Below are positions 51,807 through 61,494 of a stretch of DNA of 64,000 bases, one piece after another. The first letter of the stretch is position 1, and every line of letters starts with the position of its first letter. The notes beneath the pieces were generated by a model. That model was given only the letters and a program-made list of their open reading frames with translations, did no database searches and was not told the DNA's origin. Position numbers and translations under genes: made by a program. This DNA comes from an uncultured Actinomycetes bacterium (GTDB taxonomy: Bacteria; Actinomycetota; Thermoleophilia; Gaiellales; F1-60-MAGs149), in the NCBI GenBank assembly GCA_963779685.1, contig CAVZZG010000003.1, positions 1,025,673 to 1,089,672 on the forward strand, written 5' to 3'.

Positions 51807-52054
51807 CCCGCTGCCTCCAACTCGGCCGCGATCGCGGCGGCCACCCCGGCGGGGTCACCTTCGGCCTCGATCCACGGTCCCCTTCGCCATCCCTCCAGGT
51901 AGGCGTCGCTCGAGATGTCGCCAACCTGCATCGCGGCCTCGTCGATCGCCTCCTGGAACCTGGCCGGGAGCTCGACCTTCGCCACCAGCTCGCCGCTGCG
52001 GGCCGTGACGAGGCTCGGCAGCTCACGCCAGTAGGTGATCTGGTACTCGGCCAC
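51803..52054 (-). CDS. Small 'virulence factor' family (PF13769-like) protein
   Basis: From GTG 52054: VAEYQITYWRELPSLVTARSGELVAKVELPARFQEAIDEAAMQVGDISSDAYLEGW. The stop overlaps the next ATG (ATGA). The track ORF extends to 52117. Confidence 0.6.
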   Translation of the reverse strand: MAEYQITYWRELPSLVTARSGELVAKVELPARFQEAIDEAAMQVGDISSDAYLEGWRRGPWIEAEGDPAGVAAAIAAELEAAG

Positions 52055-52135
52055 GGGGCGGATAGTACCGACGGCGTTGACTCGGACCCGCGTTTGGTTC
52101 ACGATGGCGCGGTCCACTCAGGGGAGGGTGCGCAC

Positions 52136-53689
52136 GTGTCGGCTGTCCAAGATCAATTCATCGATCACACCACATCGGCGGCTTTGGAGGAGAAGGCGAA
52201 GCTGCAGAAGCACTTCACGCGCTTCGACATCTACTTCTTCCTCATCTGCACCATCGTCGGCCTCGACACCCTCGGTCAGGTCGCGTCCTACGGCGCCCAG
52301 GGCTTCACCTGGCTCATCTTCCTGGCGATCTTCTTCTTCATCCCGTACGCGCTGCTGACCGCCGAGCTCGGGGCGGCATTCACCGAGGAGGGCGGGGCGT
52401 ACGTCTGGACGAGACTCGCCTTCGGACGCCTGGTGGCCGCAGTCAACGCCGTCTTCTACTGGTTCTCGAACCCGATCTGGATCGGCGCGTCGCTCGCGCT
52501 GCTGACCATCGCCGTCGTCCAGGACTACCTCGTCTCGTTCTCCTACGGCGGCGTCGCCTGGTACATCATCGGCCTCATCTACATCTGGTTCTCGGTCTAC
52601 TCCGCGATCCTCTCCTTCGGCATCGGCAAGTGGATCCCCACGCTCGGCGCCTGGTGCCGGATGCTGGTCCTCGGCCTCTTCTCGATCACGGCCCTGATCT
52701 ACGCCATCAAACACGGTCTCAGCCTGCCGACGGGTCACGAGTTCTCCCCGAGCTACGCGATCTTCATCGGCCTGGTGCCGCTGCTGTTCTTCAACTACGT
52801 GGGATTCGAGCTTCCGAACGCCGCCGGCGACGAGATGAAGGACGCGCAGAAGGACGTTCCGGTCACGGTGCTCCGCGCGATGGTGACCGCGATCCTCATG
52901 TACGGTCTGCCGATCCTCGCGATCGTCTGCGTCCTGCCCAAGGACAAGATCACCGGCGTCTCGGGTCTGATGGACAGCGTCGCCCAGGTCTTCACCGTCT
53001 ACGGTGGCGCAACGAGCTTCATGATCAAGGTCGCCGCGGTCGGTGCGATCCTGGCCTACGTCTCCAGCGCCTGCACCTGGTTGATGGGCTCCGACCGCAG
53101 CCAGGCTGTCGCCTGCTACGACGGTGCAGGCCCGCGCATTCTCGGCAACTTCTCGGCCAAGCTCGGCACGCCCGTGAACGTGAACTTCCTGTCCGGCGTG
53201 TTCTCGACGCTCGTCTTCATCGCCTCGACGGAGATCAACCGCGGCACCGGCAGCGCCGCCGACACCTTCGCAGTGATGATCGGCGTGGTGCTCACCTTCA
53301 CCACGCTGTCCTACATCGTGATCTTCCCGTGCCTGATCAAGCTCCGCTACTCGCACCCGGACGTCCACCGGCCCTACAGGATTCCGGGCGGCATGGTCGG
53401 GGTCTGGGTCTGCGGCGTGCTGACGACGTTCTGGGCGGTGTTCGCGTCGCTGGTCGCGGTCTTCCCGGGGTTCCTCGACAGCGGCTCCAAGAGCTTCGGC
53501 AGCATCTGGCTCAACGACGGAGATCTCCCGGAGAACGTGTCCAGGATGAAGTACGAGACGATCTCGGTCGTCGCCATCCTCATCACGACGGCCGTCGGGT
53601 TCCTCTTCTACTGGCTCGGCACGGCAACCCGGTCGAAGATGGTTGACGTGCCCCTCGAGGGCAACGAAGACCTCGTCATGGGCGACTGA
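52136..53689 (+). CDS. APC-superfamily amino acid permease
   Basis: GTG 52136 is preceded by GGGGAGGG. About 12 TM helices. Contains YALLTAELGAAFTEEGGAYVW, FFNYVGFELPNAAGDEMKDAQKDVP and HRPYRIPGG. Confidence 0.85.
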   Translation: MSAVQDQFIDHTTSAALEEKAKLQKHFTRFDIYFFLICTIVGLDTLGQVASYGAQGFTWLIFLAIFFFIPYALLTAELGAAFTEEGGAYVWTRLAFGRLVAAVNAVFYWFSNPIWIGASLALLTIAVVQDYLVSFSYGGVAWYIIGLIYIWFSVYSAILSFGIGKWIPTLGAWCRMLVLGLFSITALIYAIKHGLSLPTGHEFSPSYAIFIGLVPLLFFNYVGFELPNAAGDEMKDAQKDVPVTVLRAMVTAILMYGLPILAIVCVLPKDKITGVSGLMDSVAQVFTVYGGATSFMIKVAAVGAILAYVSSACTWLMGSDRSQAVACYDGAGPRILGNFSAKLGTPVNVNFLSGVFSTLVFIASTEINRGTGSAADTFAVMIGVVLTFTTLSYIVIFPCLIKLRYSHPDVHRPYRIPGGMVGVWVCGVLTTFWAVFASLVAVFPGFLDSGSKSFGSIWLNDGDLPENVSRMKYETISVVAILITTAVGFLFYWLGTATRSKMVDVPLEGNEDLVMGD

Positions 53690-53707
53690 GCCCAACGGAG
53701 AGCTACC

Positions 53708-54706
53708 GTGCCGGTCGTGCCGGTGCCCAAGATCGAGCTGCACGTGCACATCGAGGGCACCGTCCGGCCGGCGCGGCTGCTCGAGATCGCGCGCCGCAAC
53801 GACTACGCGCTGCCGTGCGACACCGTCGAAGAGCTCGCGGAGCTCTACCGGTTCCGCAACTTCGACCACTTCATCCAGGTCTGGGTGCTGACGACCAACG
53901 CGCTCCAGCACGAGCGCGACTTCCGCGAGGTCCTGGTCGATTACGCGGAGGAGGCCGCCGGCCATGGCTGCGTCTACCTCGAGGCCATCTTCTCGCCGGC
54001 CGAGCGGGTGCGGCGGGGCGCCGACTGGGACGCGATCTTCACCGGCATGTGCGACGGCATCGCGGAGGCCCGCGAGCGGCACGGCGTCGAGGTGCGTCTC
54101 ACGCCCGACATCGTGCGCGGCTTCACGCCGGCCGAGGCGGAGGCCACGGTGCGGACGGCCGCGCGTTACCGCGACCGCGGCGTGGTCGCCGTCGGCCTCG
54201 GCGGCCGTGAGGCCGCGCACCCACCGGAGGAGTCACGCGCGGCTTTCGAGCTGGCGCGCGAACTCGGCCTCGGATCGGTGCCGCATGCGGGCGAGACGGC
54301 CGGGCCGGCGAGCGTGCGAGGCGCGCTGGAGGCCCTCCACGCCGATCGCATCCGCCACGGCATCCGCGCCATCGAGGATCCCGGGCTGGTAGCGGAACTG
54401 GCCGGGCGCGGCACCGTCCTGGACGTCTGCCCGCTGTCGAACCTGCGGACGGGCGTCGTGGCCTCCCTGCCGGATCATCCCCTCCCCGGCCTCCTGCAGG
54501 CGGGCGTGCGATGCTCGATCTCGACGGACGACCCCGCCATGTTCGACACCGACCTCGGCCGCGACTACGCCGCCGCCTGCCTGTGGGGGCACAACCCGTC
54601 GATCTTCTTCGATGCCGGCGTGGCCGGCGCACTCTGCGACGAGCCGACTCGCGCCCGCATCCGCGCCATCGGCGACGCGTACGACTGGTCGCTCACGCCG
54701 CGATGA
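53708..54706 (+). CDS. add: Adenosine deaminase
   Basis: Contains PKIELHVHIEGTVRP, VPHAGETAGP, RIRHGIRA and SISTDDPAMF. Confidence 0.92.
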   Translation: MPVVPVPKIELHVHIEGTVRPARLLEIARRNDYALPCDTVEELAELYRFRNFDHFIQVWVLTTNALQHERDFREVLVDYAEEAAGHGCVYLEAIFSPAERVRRGADWDAIFTGMCDGIAEARERHGVEVRLTPDIVRGFTPAEAEATVRTAARYRDRGVVAVGLGGREAAHPPEESRAAFELARELGLGSVPHAGETAGPASVRGALEALHADRIRHGIRAIEDPGLVAELAGRGTVLDVCPLSNLRTGVVASLPDHPLPGLLQAGVRCSISTDDPAMFDTDLGRDYAAACLWGHNPSIFFDAGVAGALCDEPTRARIRAIGDAYDWSLTPR

Positions 54707-55589
54707 CGACGGCGTCCGAGGCCGCGGTCGTCTCACCGAGGTCGTTCGTGGCCCGTACGGCCACGCGGATCGCGTGGCCGGCGTCCTCGGGCACCGGCGT
54801 GTAGGTCGGCGCAGTCGCGTCGGGGATGGCGCTGCAGACGTCGTCGTCGCAGCGCTCCCACTGCAGGGTGAGGATCGCGTCCGCCGGCGTCCACACGCCC
54901 GGATCGGCCGCCAGGTCGCTGCCGACCTCCGGGAAGCCCAGGATGGAGGGCTGCGTCGTCGCCACCGGCGCGGCGGGGGGCGGCGCCACGACGGCGGTCG
55001 CCGCAGACAGGCCGGTCGCGGAACGGCCCGCGACGGTGGCGGTGACGGCGACCCGGATCGTGTAGCCCACGTCGGCGGGCCCCAGTACGAGGCGGGAGCG
55101 GTCCGCGTCCGGGATCGTGTTGCAGCCACCGCCGGCCGCGTTGCACCGGAGCCACGCCCGCGAGACGCGAGCGCTGCTCGCATGCCGGAACCGGCCCGGG
55201 GTGGCCAGGAGCGAACGACCGGCCGTGGGCTGGCCGGCGATTCGTGGCGCGCGGGCGACGACCGGCACCTCAGGCGGTGCCGCGGCCCGCGTCGAAGCCG
55301 CCGGCACGACGGAGCGCACGATGACCCGATGGGGGTGCACGACGATCGGACGCAGCCGCAGACGGGGCGCGGCCCGGGCGACCCGGAAGGCCGGCAGTTC
55401 GAGCCGCACCTGGCGCGCCCGCAGGGCGTCACGCGGTATGCCGTGGGCCAGCAGCACCGTCTCGGGGCGGCTCCGTGCGACGGCAAGCGCGACGCCGGTG
55501 ACCACCGCGGCCATGGCGGCGCCGGCGACCAGGTGCAGGACGCGGGGCATCTCCCCCGATATCGGCATGCCGGGCCGCGGGGAAGTCAC
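54693..55589 (-). CDS. N-terminally membrane-anchored protein with two W-x-R-C modules
   Basis: TM helix is VLHLVAGAAMAAVVTGVALAVA. Start alternatives are GTG 55589, ATG 55568 and ATG 55550. Modules: AWLRCNAAGGGCNTIPDA...GYTIRVAVTATVAG and LQWERCDDDVCSAIPDATAPTYTP...GHAIRVAVRATNDLG. Confidence 0.7.
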   Translation of the reverse strand: MTSPRPGMPISGEMPRVLHLVAGAAMAAVVTGVALAVARSRPETVLLAHGIPRDALRARQVRLELPAFRVARAAPRLRLRPIVVHPHRVIVRSVVPAASTRAAAPPEVPVVARAPRIAGQPTAGRSLLATPGRFRHASSARVSRAWLRCNAAGGGCNTIPDADRSRLVLGPADVGYTIRVAVTATVAGRSATGLSAATAVVAPPPAAPVATTQPSILGFPEVGSDLAADPGVWTPADAILTLQWERCDDDVCSAIPDATAPTYTPVPEDAGHAIRVAVRATNDLGETTAASDAVVIAA

Positions 55590-55642
55590 GCGGAAGGTGG
55601 ATAAACCTCAGCATTCCGGCCCGTCCGTCGATCCGGAAGAGC

Positions 55643-58279
55643 ATGGCCCCAGCGCGTGCCCTCGTCGCCATGCTCGCCGCATCTTTGCTCGCGGCCGCAC
55701 CGGCACACGCAGCGACGGTCACGGGCGTCGTCGCAGCGGTCGAACCGGGCGCTCTGGTCGTGGCGAAGTCGAACGGCCACCTCGTGCGGGTCGTGACGCG
55801 CGGACGCGCGTCACTGGGCCAGAAGGTGACCATCGCCGGCGCGAAGGTGAAGGCCACCAGGGGGCCCGCGAAGTTCGTCGTGCTCGGCGTCGTCGTCACC
55901 CACGCCTGGCACCGGCTCGATCTCGCCGACGGCGGAGCCGGGATCGCCGTCACGTCCACCACGGCGCGCGCAGACGGGTCGGGCGTGAAGTTGACGGTCA
56001 AGGCGTCCCACGGGGCACTGGTCGCGATCACCGGAGCCGCGACTCGCCCCGCCGCCTCCGCCGGCGTGACAGGCGTCGTCACGGCGACGGCGCCGGGGCT
56101 CGTCGTGCTGCGCCTGGCAACGGGCGCCAACGTCGCCGTGGCGACCGCAAGCGCGGCCACGATCGGTCGCAACTACCAGTTGAGCGCCATCGCCGACCGT
56201 CACGCAGGCTTTGCCTGGCGCACGGCCAGGCTGGTCCTGAAGGGCTCGGGCAAGGGCGTTCCCGCCGGGCGGTTCGAGGTCCGGGGCACGCTGCTGGCGC
56301 TCTCGGCCGAATCCGCGGTCGTGCAGCACGGCGGCGTCTCGACCTCCTACGCCATCCCCGCCGGCGCCCAGGTCGGGAATGTGCAGTCGGGCGACATGGT
56401 GTTCACGGACGGACGCAAGACGTCGGCGATGCCGGAGGTCGACCACCTGCTCTTCCTCGTCCGGCCGCTGGTCGCGCCGACGATCAGCGTGCTCGCCGCC
56501 CCTCCGGCGTCGACCAGCTCGACCGACGCCACCATCGCCTGGGACACGGCCCCGGCCGGCGCCACCATCACCTGCTCCAAGGACGGCGGCGCGGCTGTCG
56601 GCTGCGCCTCACCGGTCACCTTCCACAACGTCGCGATCGGCTCGCACCAGCTCGTCATCACCGCCACGAACGCCGCCGGGATCGATCAGCAGACGACCTC
56701 CTGGGACGTGACCGCACCGCCACCCCAGGCGCCCACCGTCAGCTTCACGACCGGCCCGGCGGCGCAGACCACCCAGACCGGCGCGAGCCTCGCCTGGACG
56801 ACCGCCGGCACCGTCACGAGCATCGACTGCACGCTCGACTTCGTGGCGTACGCACCGTGCGTCTCCCCCGTGTCGCTGTCGGGTCTGACGACCGCCGATC
56901 ACGTCTTCACCGTCACCGTCGCCAACGGCGTCGGCTCGAACTACGCGACTGCGGCCTGGTCGATCGTGACGACGCCGACCGTGACCATCACCGGCGACCC
57001 CGGCGCCTCGACGGCCTCGACATCGGCCACGTTCGACTGGACGACGACCCAGCACCCGGCCCAGGAGCTCTGCTCGCTGGACGGCGGCACCGCCCAGGCG
57101 TGCACGACCGGCACGACCTACACCGGCCTGGCAGCCGGCGCCCACACGTTCCAGATCGACGTCTCGAACGTGGCCGGCTCGGGCTCGGCGTCGTTCAACT
57201 GGACGGTCACGGGCGGCGGCGGCACCCCGACCGTGACGATCTCGACCCACCCCGTCGCGGTGACGACGGCGACCACCGCGACGTTCGCCTGGTCGACCAC
57301 GGGCACCGTGACGAGCGAGCAGTGCACCTACGACGGCCTCGACTACGAGGCCTGCCCCACACCCATCACGCTGCCGAACTTCTCGGTCGGCACCCACGTG
57401 TTCACCGTGCAGGTGAGCGGCCCGGGCGGGGTGGCCAGCGACTCGGTGACGTGGAAGGTCACGTCGGGCGGCGCGGGAGCCCCGACCGTCACGCTCACCC
57501 AGACCGCCCCCAGCAACTGGGCCTTCACCCAGGCGAACTTCAACTGGACGGTCACCGGCGACGTCACCGACATCAGCTGCAGCCTCGATGCAGCGGCCCC
57601 GCAGCCGTGCTCGGGCGTGACGAGCTACAAGGGTCTGGCGGTGGGTGCCCACTCGTTCACCGTGACCGTGTCCGGAGGCAGCGGATCCGACTCCAAGACC
57701 TCCAACTGGACGATCGTCAGCCCGACGCCGCCGACCATCGCGCTCCAGACCAAGCCGGCGAACCCGACATCGTTGGTGGACGCGACGTTCACGTGGTCGA
57801 TCGGCATCAACCAGGTGCCGACGCTCGCCTGCACGCTGGACGGCGTCGTGCAGGCCGAGTGCTCGTCCCCGCAGACCTTCTTCGGCCTCGCCGCCGGGTC
57901 GCACACGTTGTCGGTCGCGATCACGACCGGCGGTGGGTCGAGCAGCGCCAGCTACACGTGGTCCGTCCAGGCGCCGGGCACCGCCTCTGCGCCGCCCGCG
58001 AACACGGCGTTGCCGACGATCAGCGGTACACCGAAGACGCACGGCACGCTCACGGCCGCCGCGGGCTCCTGGACGAACTCGCCCTACGCCTTCGCGTTCC
58101 TGTGGCGCCGGTGCGACGTGAACGGCGCCAACTGCGTGGACATCCCGGGCGCCACGTCCAACAAGTACACCGCGACGGCCTACGACATCGGCTACCGCCT
58201 GCGCGTGGTCGTCACCGCGACCAACTCGCAGGGCTCGGCCGCCGCCACGTCGGCGGCGGCGACCACGCAGGCCTCGTAG
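55643..58279 (+). CDS. Secreted repeat protein (878 aa), paralogue of 9275..13057
   Basis: Signal peptide MAPARALVAMLAASLLAAAPAHA. The architecture matches the paralogue: N-terminal beta-domains, about 8 Cys-pair Ig-like repeats (e.g. ATFAWSTTGTVTSEQCTYDGLDYEACPTPITLPNFSVGTHVFTV) and the tail FLWRRCDVNGANCVDIPGATSNKYTATAYDIGYRLRVVVTATNSQGS. Confidence 0.88.
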   Translation: MAPARALVAMLAASLLAAAPAHAATVTGVVAAVEPGALVVAKSNGHLVRVVTRGRASLGQKVTIAGAKVKATRGPAKFVVLGVVVTHAWHRLDLADGGAGIAVTSTTARADGSGVKLTVKASHGALVAITGAATRPAASAGVTGVVTATAPGLVVLRLATGANVAVATASAATIGRNYQLSAIADRHAGFAWRTARLVLKGSGKGVPAGRFEVRGTLLALSAESAVVQHGGVSTSYAIPAGAQVGNVQSGDMVFTDGRKTSAMPEVDHLLFLVRPLVAPTISVLAAPPASTSSTDATIAWDTAPAGATITCSKDGGAAVGCASPVTFHNVAIGSHQLVITATNAAGIDQQTTSWDVTAPPPQAPTVSFTTGPAAQTTQTGASLAWTTAGTVTSIDCTLDFVAYAPCVSPVSLSGLTTADHVFTVTVANGVGSNYATAAWSIVTTPTVTITGDPGASTASTSATFDWTTTQHPAQELCSLDGGTAQACTTGTTYTGLAAGAHTFQIDVSNVAGSGSASFNWTVTGGGGTPTVTISTHPVAVTTATTATFAWSTTGTVTSEQCTYDGLDYEACPTPITLPNFSVGTHVFTVQVSGPGGVASDSVTWKVTSGGAGAPTVTLTQTAPSNWAFTQANFNWTVTGDVTDISCSLDAAAPQPCSGVTSYKGLAVGAHSFTVTVSGGSGSDSKTSNWTIVSPTPPTIALQTKPANPTSLVDATFTWSIGINQVPTLACTLDGVVQAECSSPQTFFGLAAGSHTLSVAITTGGGSSSASYTWSVQAPGTASAPPANTALPTISGTPKTHGTLTAAAGSWTNSPYAFAFLWRRCDVNGANCVDIPGATSNKYTATAYDIGYRLRVVVTATNSQGSAAATSAAATTQAS

Positions 58280-58344
58280 AAGACCGCAGCCAGCTCTCGC
58301 GGGCGCGCGGATGCCACGCGCGTGCGGCGAGGTAGGTTCGAGGC

Positions 58345-59316
58345 ATGACCATCGCCATCGAGCGCGGGGAGTTCGTCGAGGCCTGCGATCACGCTGGCAT
58401 CGACCGCGCGAAATCGGCGGAGGCCTGGCGCGAGCTCGCACGCGAGCCGCGGCATCGCGATCTCGCGAGGACCCCGCTGGCTGCGCTCCTGGTCGGCATG
58501 GTCCTGCTCAGCGCCGCGAACATCTGGTGGGCGAGGCTGATCTACGACCGCGCAGGTGCCTCGGGCCTGGCGGTGTTCGGGTGCGCGTGGACGGCCGCGT
58601 TCATCGCGGTCGCGGAGTTGGGCAGACGGAGGGGCCGTGCGCAGATCGCCGCGGCCTTCGGCGCGATCGCGGTCGCCTACCTGCCGCTCGGGATCGGCGC
58701 GACGCTGGAACTCGCCGGCGTCGATCTCGGCGGGGGCTGGCTGGACGGGCGCGCGTGGGTCGAGCTGACCGTGTTCGCGGCCGCGCTCGCAGTGGTCTAC
58801 CGCTACCGCGAACCCATCCTGACCATGCTCCCCGCGACGCTCGCCGGGGTCGCCCTCGCGGGCGAGGCGATGCTGGCGCCGTCCGGCACCGACGACCCGC
58901 ACGGCGGCGCCGGCCTGTGCGCGCTGGCGATCGCCGCGATCGTGTCCGCGGCGGTGATGGTCGCCGACCGGCGGCGGCTGCGCGACTGGGCCTTCTGGCC
59001 GGCGCTGGCGGCGGACGTCTTCACGGTCGCCGGCGTCGCCGTGATCGTCGCGGACGTGCTGCCCGACCGAACGCTGGCAGGCGGCATCGCCTTCGCGCTG
59101 GCCGGGATCGTGATCATCACCCGCGGCCTCGTCGGGGGCCGCCTCGCACAGCTCGCGACGGGGACGGTGACCTTCTGGATCGGCGTGCTGATGGCAACCG
59201 CCGACCAGGGAGCGTTCGCCACCGCCGCGGTCCTGACGCTGGCCGGCGCGTCGCTGATCGGCGGCACCGTACTGCTCGTGCGCCGGCGCGACCTGCTCGA
59301 GCGCCAGCGCCGGTAG
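58345..59316 (+). CDS. Polytopic membrane protein, unknown function
   Basis: 323 aa with a soluble N-terminal ~45 aa followed by about 8 hydrophobic helices. I recognise no motif. Confidence 0.6.
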   Translation: MTIAIERGEFVEACDHAGIDRAKSAEAWRELAREPRHRDLARTPLAALLVGMVLLSAANIWWARLIYDRAGASGLAVFGCAWTAAFIAVAELGRRRGRAQIAAAFGAIAVAYLPLGIGATLELAGVDLGGGWLDGRAWVELTVFAAALAVVYRYREPILTMLPATLAGVALAGEAMLAPSGTDDPHGGAGLCALAIAAIVSAAVMVADRRRLRDWAFWPALAADVFTVAGVAVIVADVLPDRTLAGGIAFALAGIVIITRGLVGGRLAQLATGTVTFWIGVLMATADQGAFATAAVLTLAGASLIGGTVLLVRRRDLLERQRR

Positions 59317-59325
59317 ACTCGCGCC

Positions 59326-59835
59326 ATGGACGCAGAACAGCTGCGGGAGCTCCAGGCCCCGTTCAAGGAGCGCTACCGCGAGGACGCCGCATCCGCGGTG
59401 ATCCTCCTCAGGGCCGAGGGGACGCTCGGCGGCGACGGCATCGCGTGCCGGGTCGAGACCGGGCGGGCGATCGTGACGGCCGGCCTCCACCCGTCGACCG
59501 GTGGCACCGGCGAGCTCGCGTGCTCCGGCGACATGCTGCTGGAAGCGCTCGTCGCCTGCGCCGGCGTCACGCTGCGGGCGGTCGCCACCGCCCTCGACAT
59601 CGACGTACAGGGCGGGACGGTCAGCGCCGAGGGCGAGCTGGACGTGCGCGGCACGCTGGGCGTCGACCGCGAGGCGCCGGTCGGGTTCCGGGCCATCCGG
59701 CTCGACTTCGCGGTCGACTCCGAGGCCGATCAGCAGCAGCTGGCGACCCTCCTGAAGCTCACCGAACGCTACTGCGTGGTGCTGCAGACGATTCGCGGCG
59801 GCGTGACGGTGGACGCGGCGATCTTCACGACCTAG
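59326..59835 (+). CDS. OsmC family peroxiredoxin-like protein
   Basis: 169 aa. Contains GELACSGDMLLEALVACAGVTL and TERYCVVLQTI (the two conserved Cys regions). Confidence 0.8.
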   Translation: MDAEQLRELQAPFKERYREDAASAVILLRAEGTLGGDGIACRVETGRAIVTAGLHPSTGGTGELACSGDMLLEALVACAGVTLRAVATALDIDVQGGTVSAEGELDVRGTLGVDREAPVGFRAIRLDFAVDSEADQQQLATLLKLTERYCVVLQTIRGGVTVDAAIFTT

Positions 59836-59907
59836 AGGCCCGCCCTTGCAGTCCGGGGGCTGCGCGATCCATACTCTCCCCGTTCTCTTCGGGAGGGAGG
59901 AAGTGCC

Positions 59908-61494
59908 TTGACGGAAATGCACCATGAGGGTGCGGTCACGAACGTCGATGTCTCGATGCTCGAGGACGTCGACAAGCTGCGGCACTCCGCAGTGGGCCTC
60001 ACATCGGTCCTCTTCCTGTGCGTCACCGGGTCAGCGCCGCTGGCGGTGACGCTCTTCAACACGCCGTACGTCGGCCCGTGGGGGTCGGGCGAGGGTGGGC
60101 CCGGTGCCTTCTCGTTCGCCACCATCGTCCTCACGATCTTCTCGGTTGCGTACGTCCAGCTCTGCCTGAAGGTTCGTGCCGCAGGCGGCATGTACACGTT
60201 CGTCTCGTACGGCCTGGGAAGGCCGCTGGGCATGATGTCCGGCTTCTCGCTGATGATCGCCTACACGATCTTCGGCGCCGCGCTGATCGGCGGCTTCGCG
60301 ACCTTCACCCAGAACACGCTCTCGACCCATCTCGGCCTCGACGGCATCCCGTGGATCTGGCTCGCCCTGCTCGCGGTCGTGATCGTGATGCTGCTCGGTT
60401 ACTTCGACGTGCAGATATCAGCCAAGATCCTGGGCGTCGCCCTCATGGGCGAGCTGCTCGTGATCCTGGTCTTCATCGTGGGCGTGCTGATCCAGGGCGG
60501 CAACGATGGACTGCACCCGGCCCAGATGCTGCCGTGGAACTTCCACCTCGGCGTCGCACCGGGCATCGGCGTGTTCTTCGCGTTCTGGTCGTGGGTCGGC
60601 TTCGAGGCCGCCCCGAACTACGCCGAGGAGTCGAAGGACCCCGTCAAGACCATCCCGATCGCGGTCTACTTCTCCTGCATCGGCGTGGGCGTCCTCTACA
60701 CGCTCATGATGTGGGCGGTCGTGTCGGCGTACGGACCCGGCGACGCCATGGCCAAGGCGATGGACAGCGGCACCGCAGTGCTCAACGGCAAGACCATGAG
60801 CCCGATCGACGGCGTCCACTTCGTGACGCCGGCGATGTCGGCGTTCGTCGGCAACTTCTTCGCCGCCGCCATGGACTGGCTGATCGTCACCGGCTCGGTG
60901 GCATGCGCCTCGGCGCTCTCCAACGCCGGGCTGCGCTACTGGTACGCGATGGGCCGCGAGGGGATCCTGCCCCGGGCGCTGGGCAAGACTCACAAGAAAC
61001 ACAAGACGCCGCATATTGCGATCATCACGATCGGGGCCATCAACGCCGCCATCATCCTGACGTTCTGGTTCATCAACCACACCTCGCTCGACATGTACTA
61101 CTGGCTGTCGGTGCAGGGCGTGATCTGGATCGTGCTGGTGCAGGCGCTGACGGCGCTGTCGGCCTTCGCCTACTTCCGCCGGCACCACGAGGACGAAGTG
61201 CACATCTGGAAGACCGTCGCCGCCCCGTGGATCGGGTTCCTGGCCCAGGTGTACGTGCTGCTCCTGCTCTACGCCAACCTGTACGGCCTCTCGGGCGTCG
61301 GGGTCTGGTACATCAACCCGGTGTTCGAGATCAACGTGCCGGACGTCCTCTACTTGAAAGAGTTGCAGTTCTCGCCGATCGGGATCATCGGCGTGCTGGT
61401 ACCCGTCGGCGCGCTCCTCTACGCCTACTACCTGAAGAGCGCCAACCCGAAGAAGTACGAGGTCCTCGGGCGCTTCGTGAACCAGGGCACGTAA
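59908..61494 (+). CDS. APC-superfamily permease
   Basis: TTG 59908 is preceded by GGGAGGGAGGAAG (alternative ATG 59917). About 12 TM helices. Contains FAFWSWVGFEAAPNYAEESKDPVKTIP and HKKHKTPH. Confidence 0.82.
   Translation: MTEMHHEGAVTNVDVSMLEDVDKLRHSAVGLTSVLFLCVTGSAPLAVTLFNTPYVGPWGSGEGGPGAFSFATIVLTIFSVAYVQLCLKVRAAGGMYTFVSYGLGRPLGMMSGFSLMIAYTIFGAALIGGFATFTQNTLSTHLGLDGIPWIWLALLAVVIVMLLGYFDVQISAKILGVALMGELLVILVFIVGVLIQGGNDGLHPAQMLPWNFHLGVAPGIGVFFAFWSWVGFEAAPNYAEESKDPVKTIPIAVYFSCIGVGVLYTLMMWAVVSAYGPGDAMAKAMDSGTAVLNGKTMSPIDGVHFVTPAMSAFVGNFFAAAMDWLIVTGSVACASALSNAGLRYWYAMGREGILPRALGKTHKKHKTPHIAIITIGAINAAIILTFWFINHTSLDMYYWLSVQGVIWIVLVQALTALSAFAYFRRHHEDEVHIWKTVAAPWIGFLAQVYVLLLLYANLYGLSGVGVWYINPVFEINVPDVLYLKELQFSPIGIIGVLVPVGALLYAYYLKSANPKKYEVLGRFVNQGT

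Noticed and set aside
52077-52105. A possible sigma-70-type promoter for the permease gene: TTGACT, 17 nt, CACGAT.
   Set aside because: The -35 hexamer is good, but the -10 hexamer is weak (first base C). I have no way to score it against this organism's promoters, so it is noted but not called as a feature.
55117-58335. A 1072-aa plus-strand ORF and a 610-aa minus-strand ORF (56609..58441) overlap 55643..58279.
   Set aside because: These are the same kind of shadow-frame artefact, with R/G/P-rich composition and no domain signatures. The 878-aa frame is paralogous to the other repeat protein.
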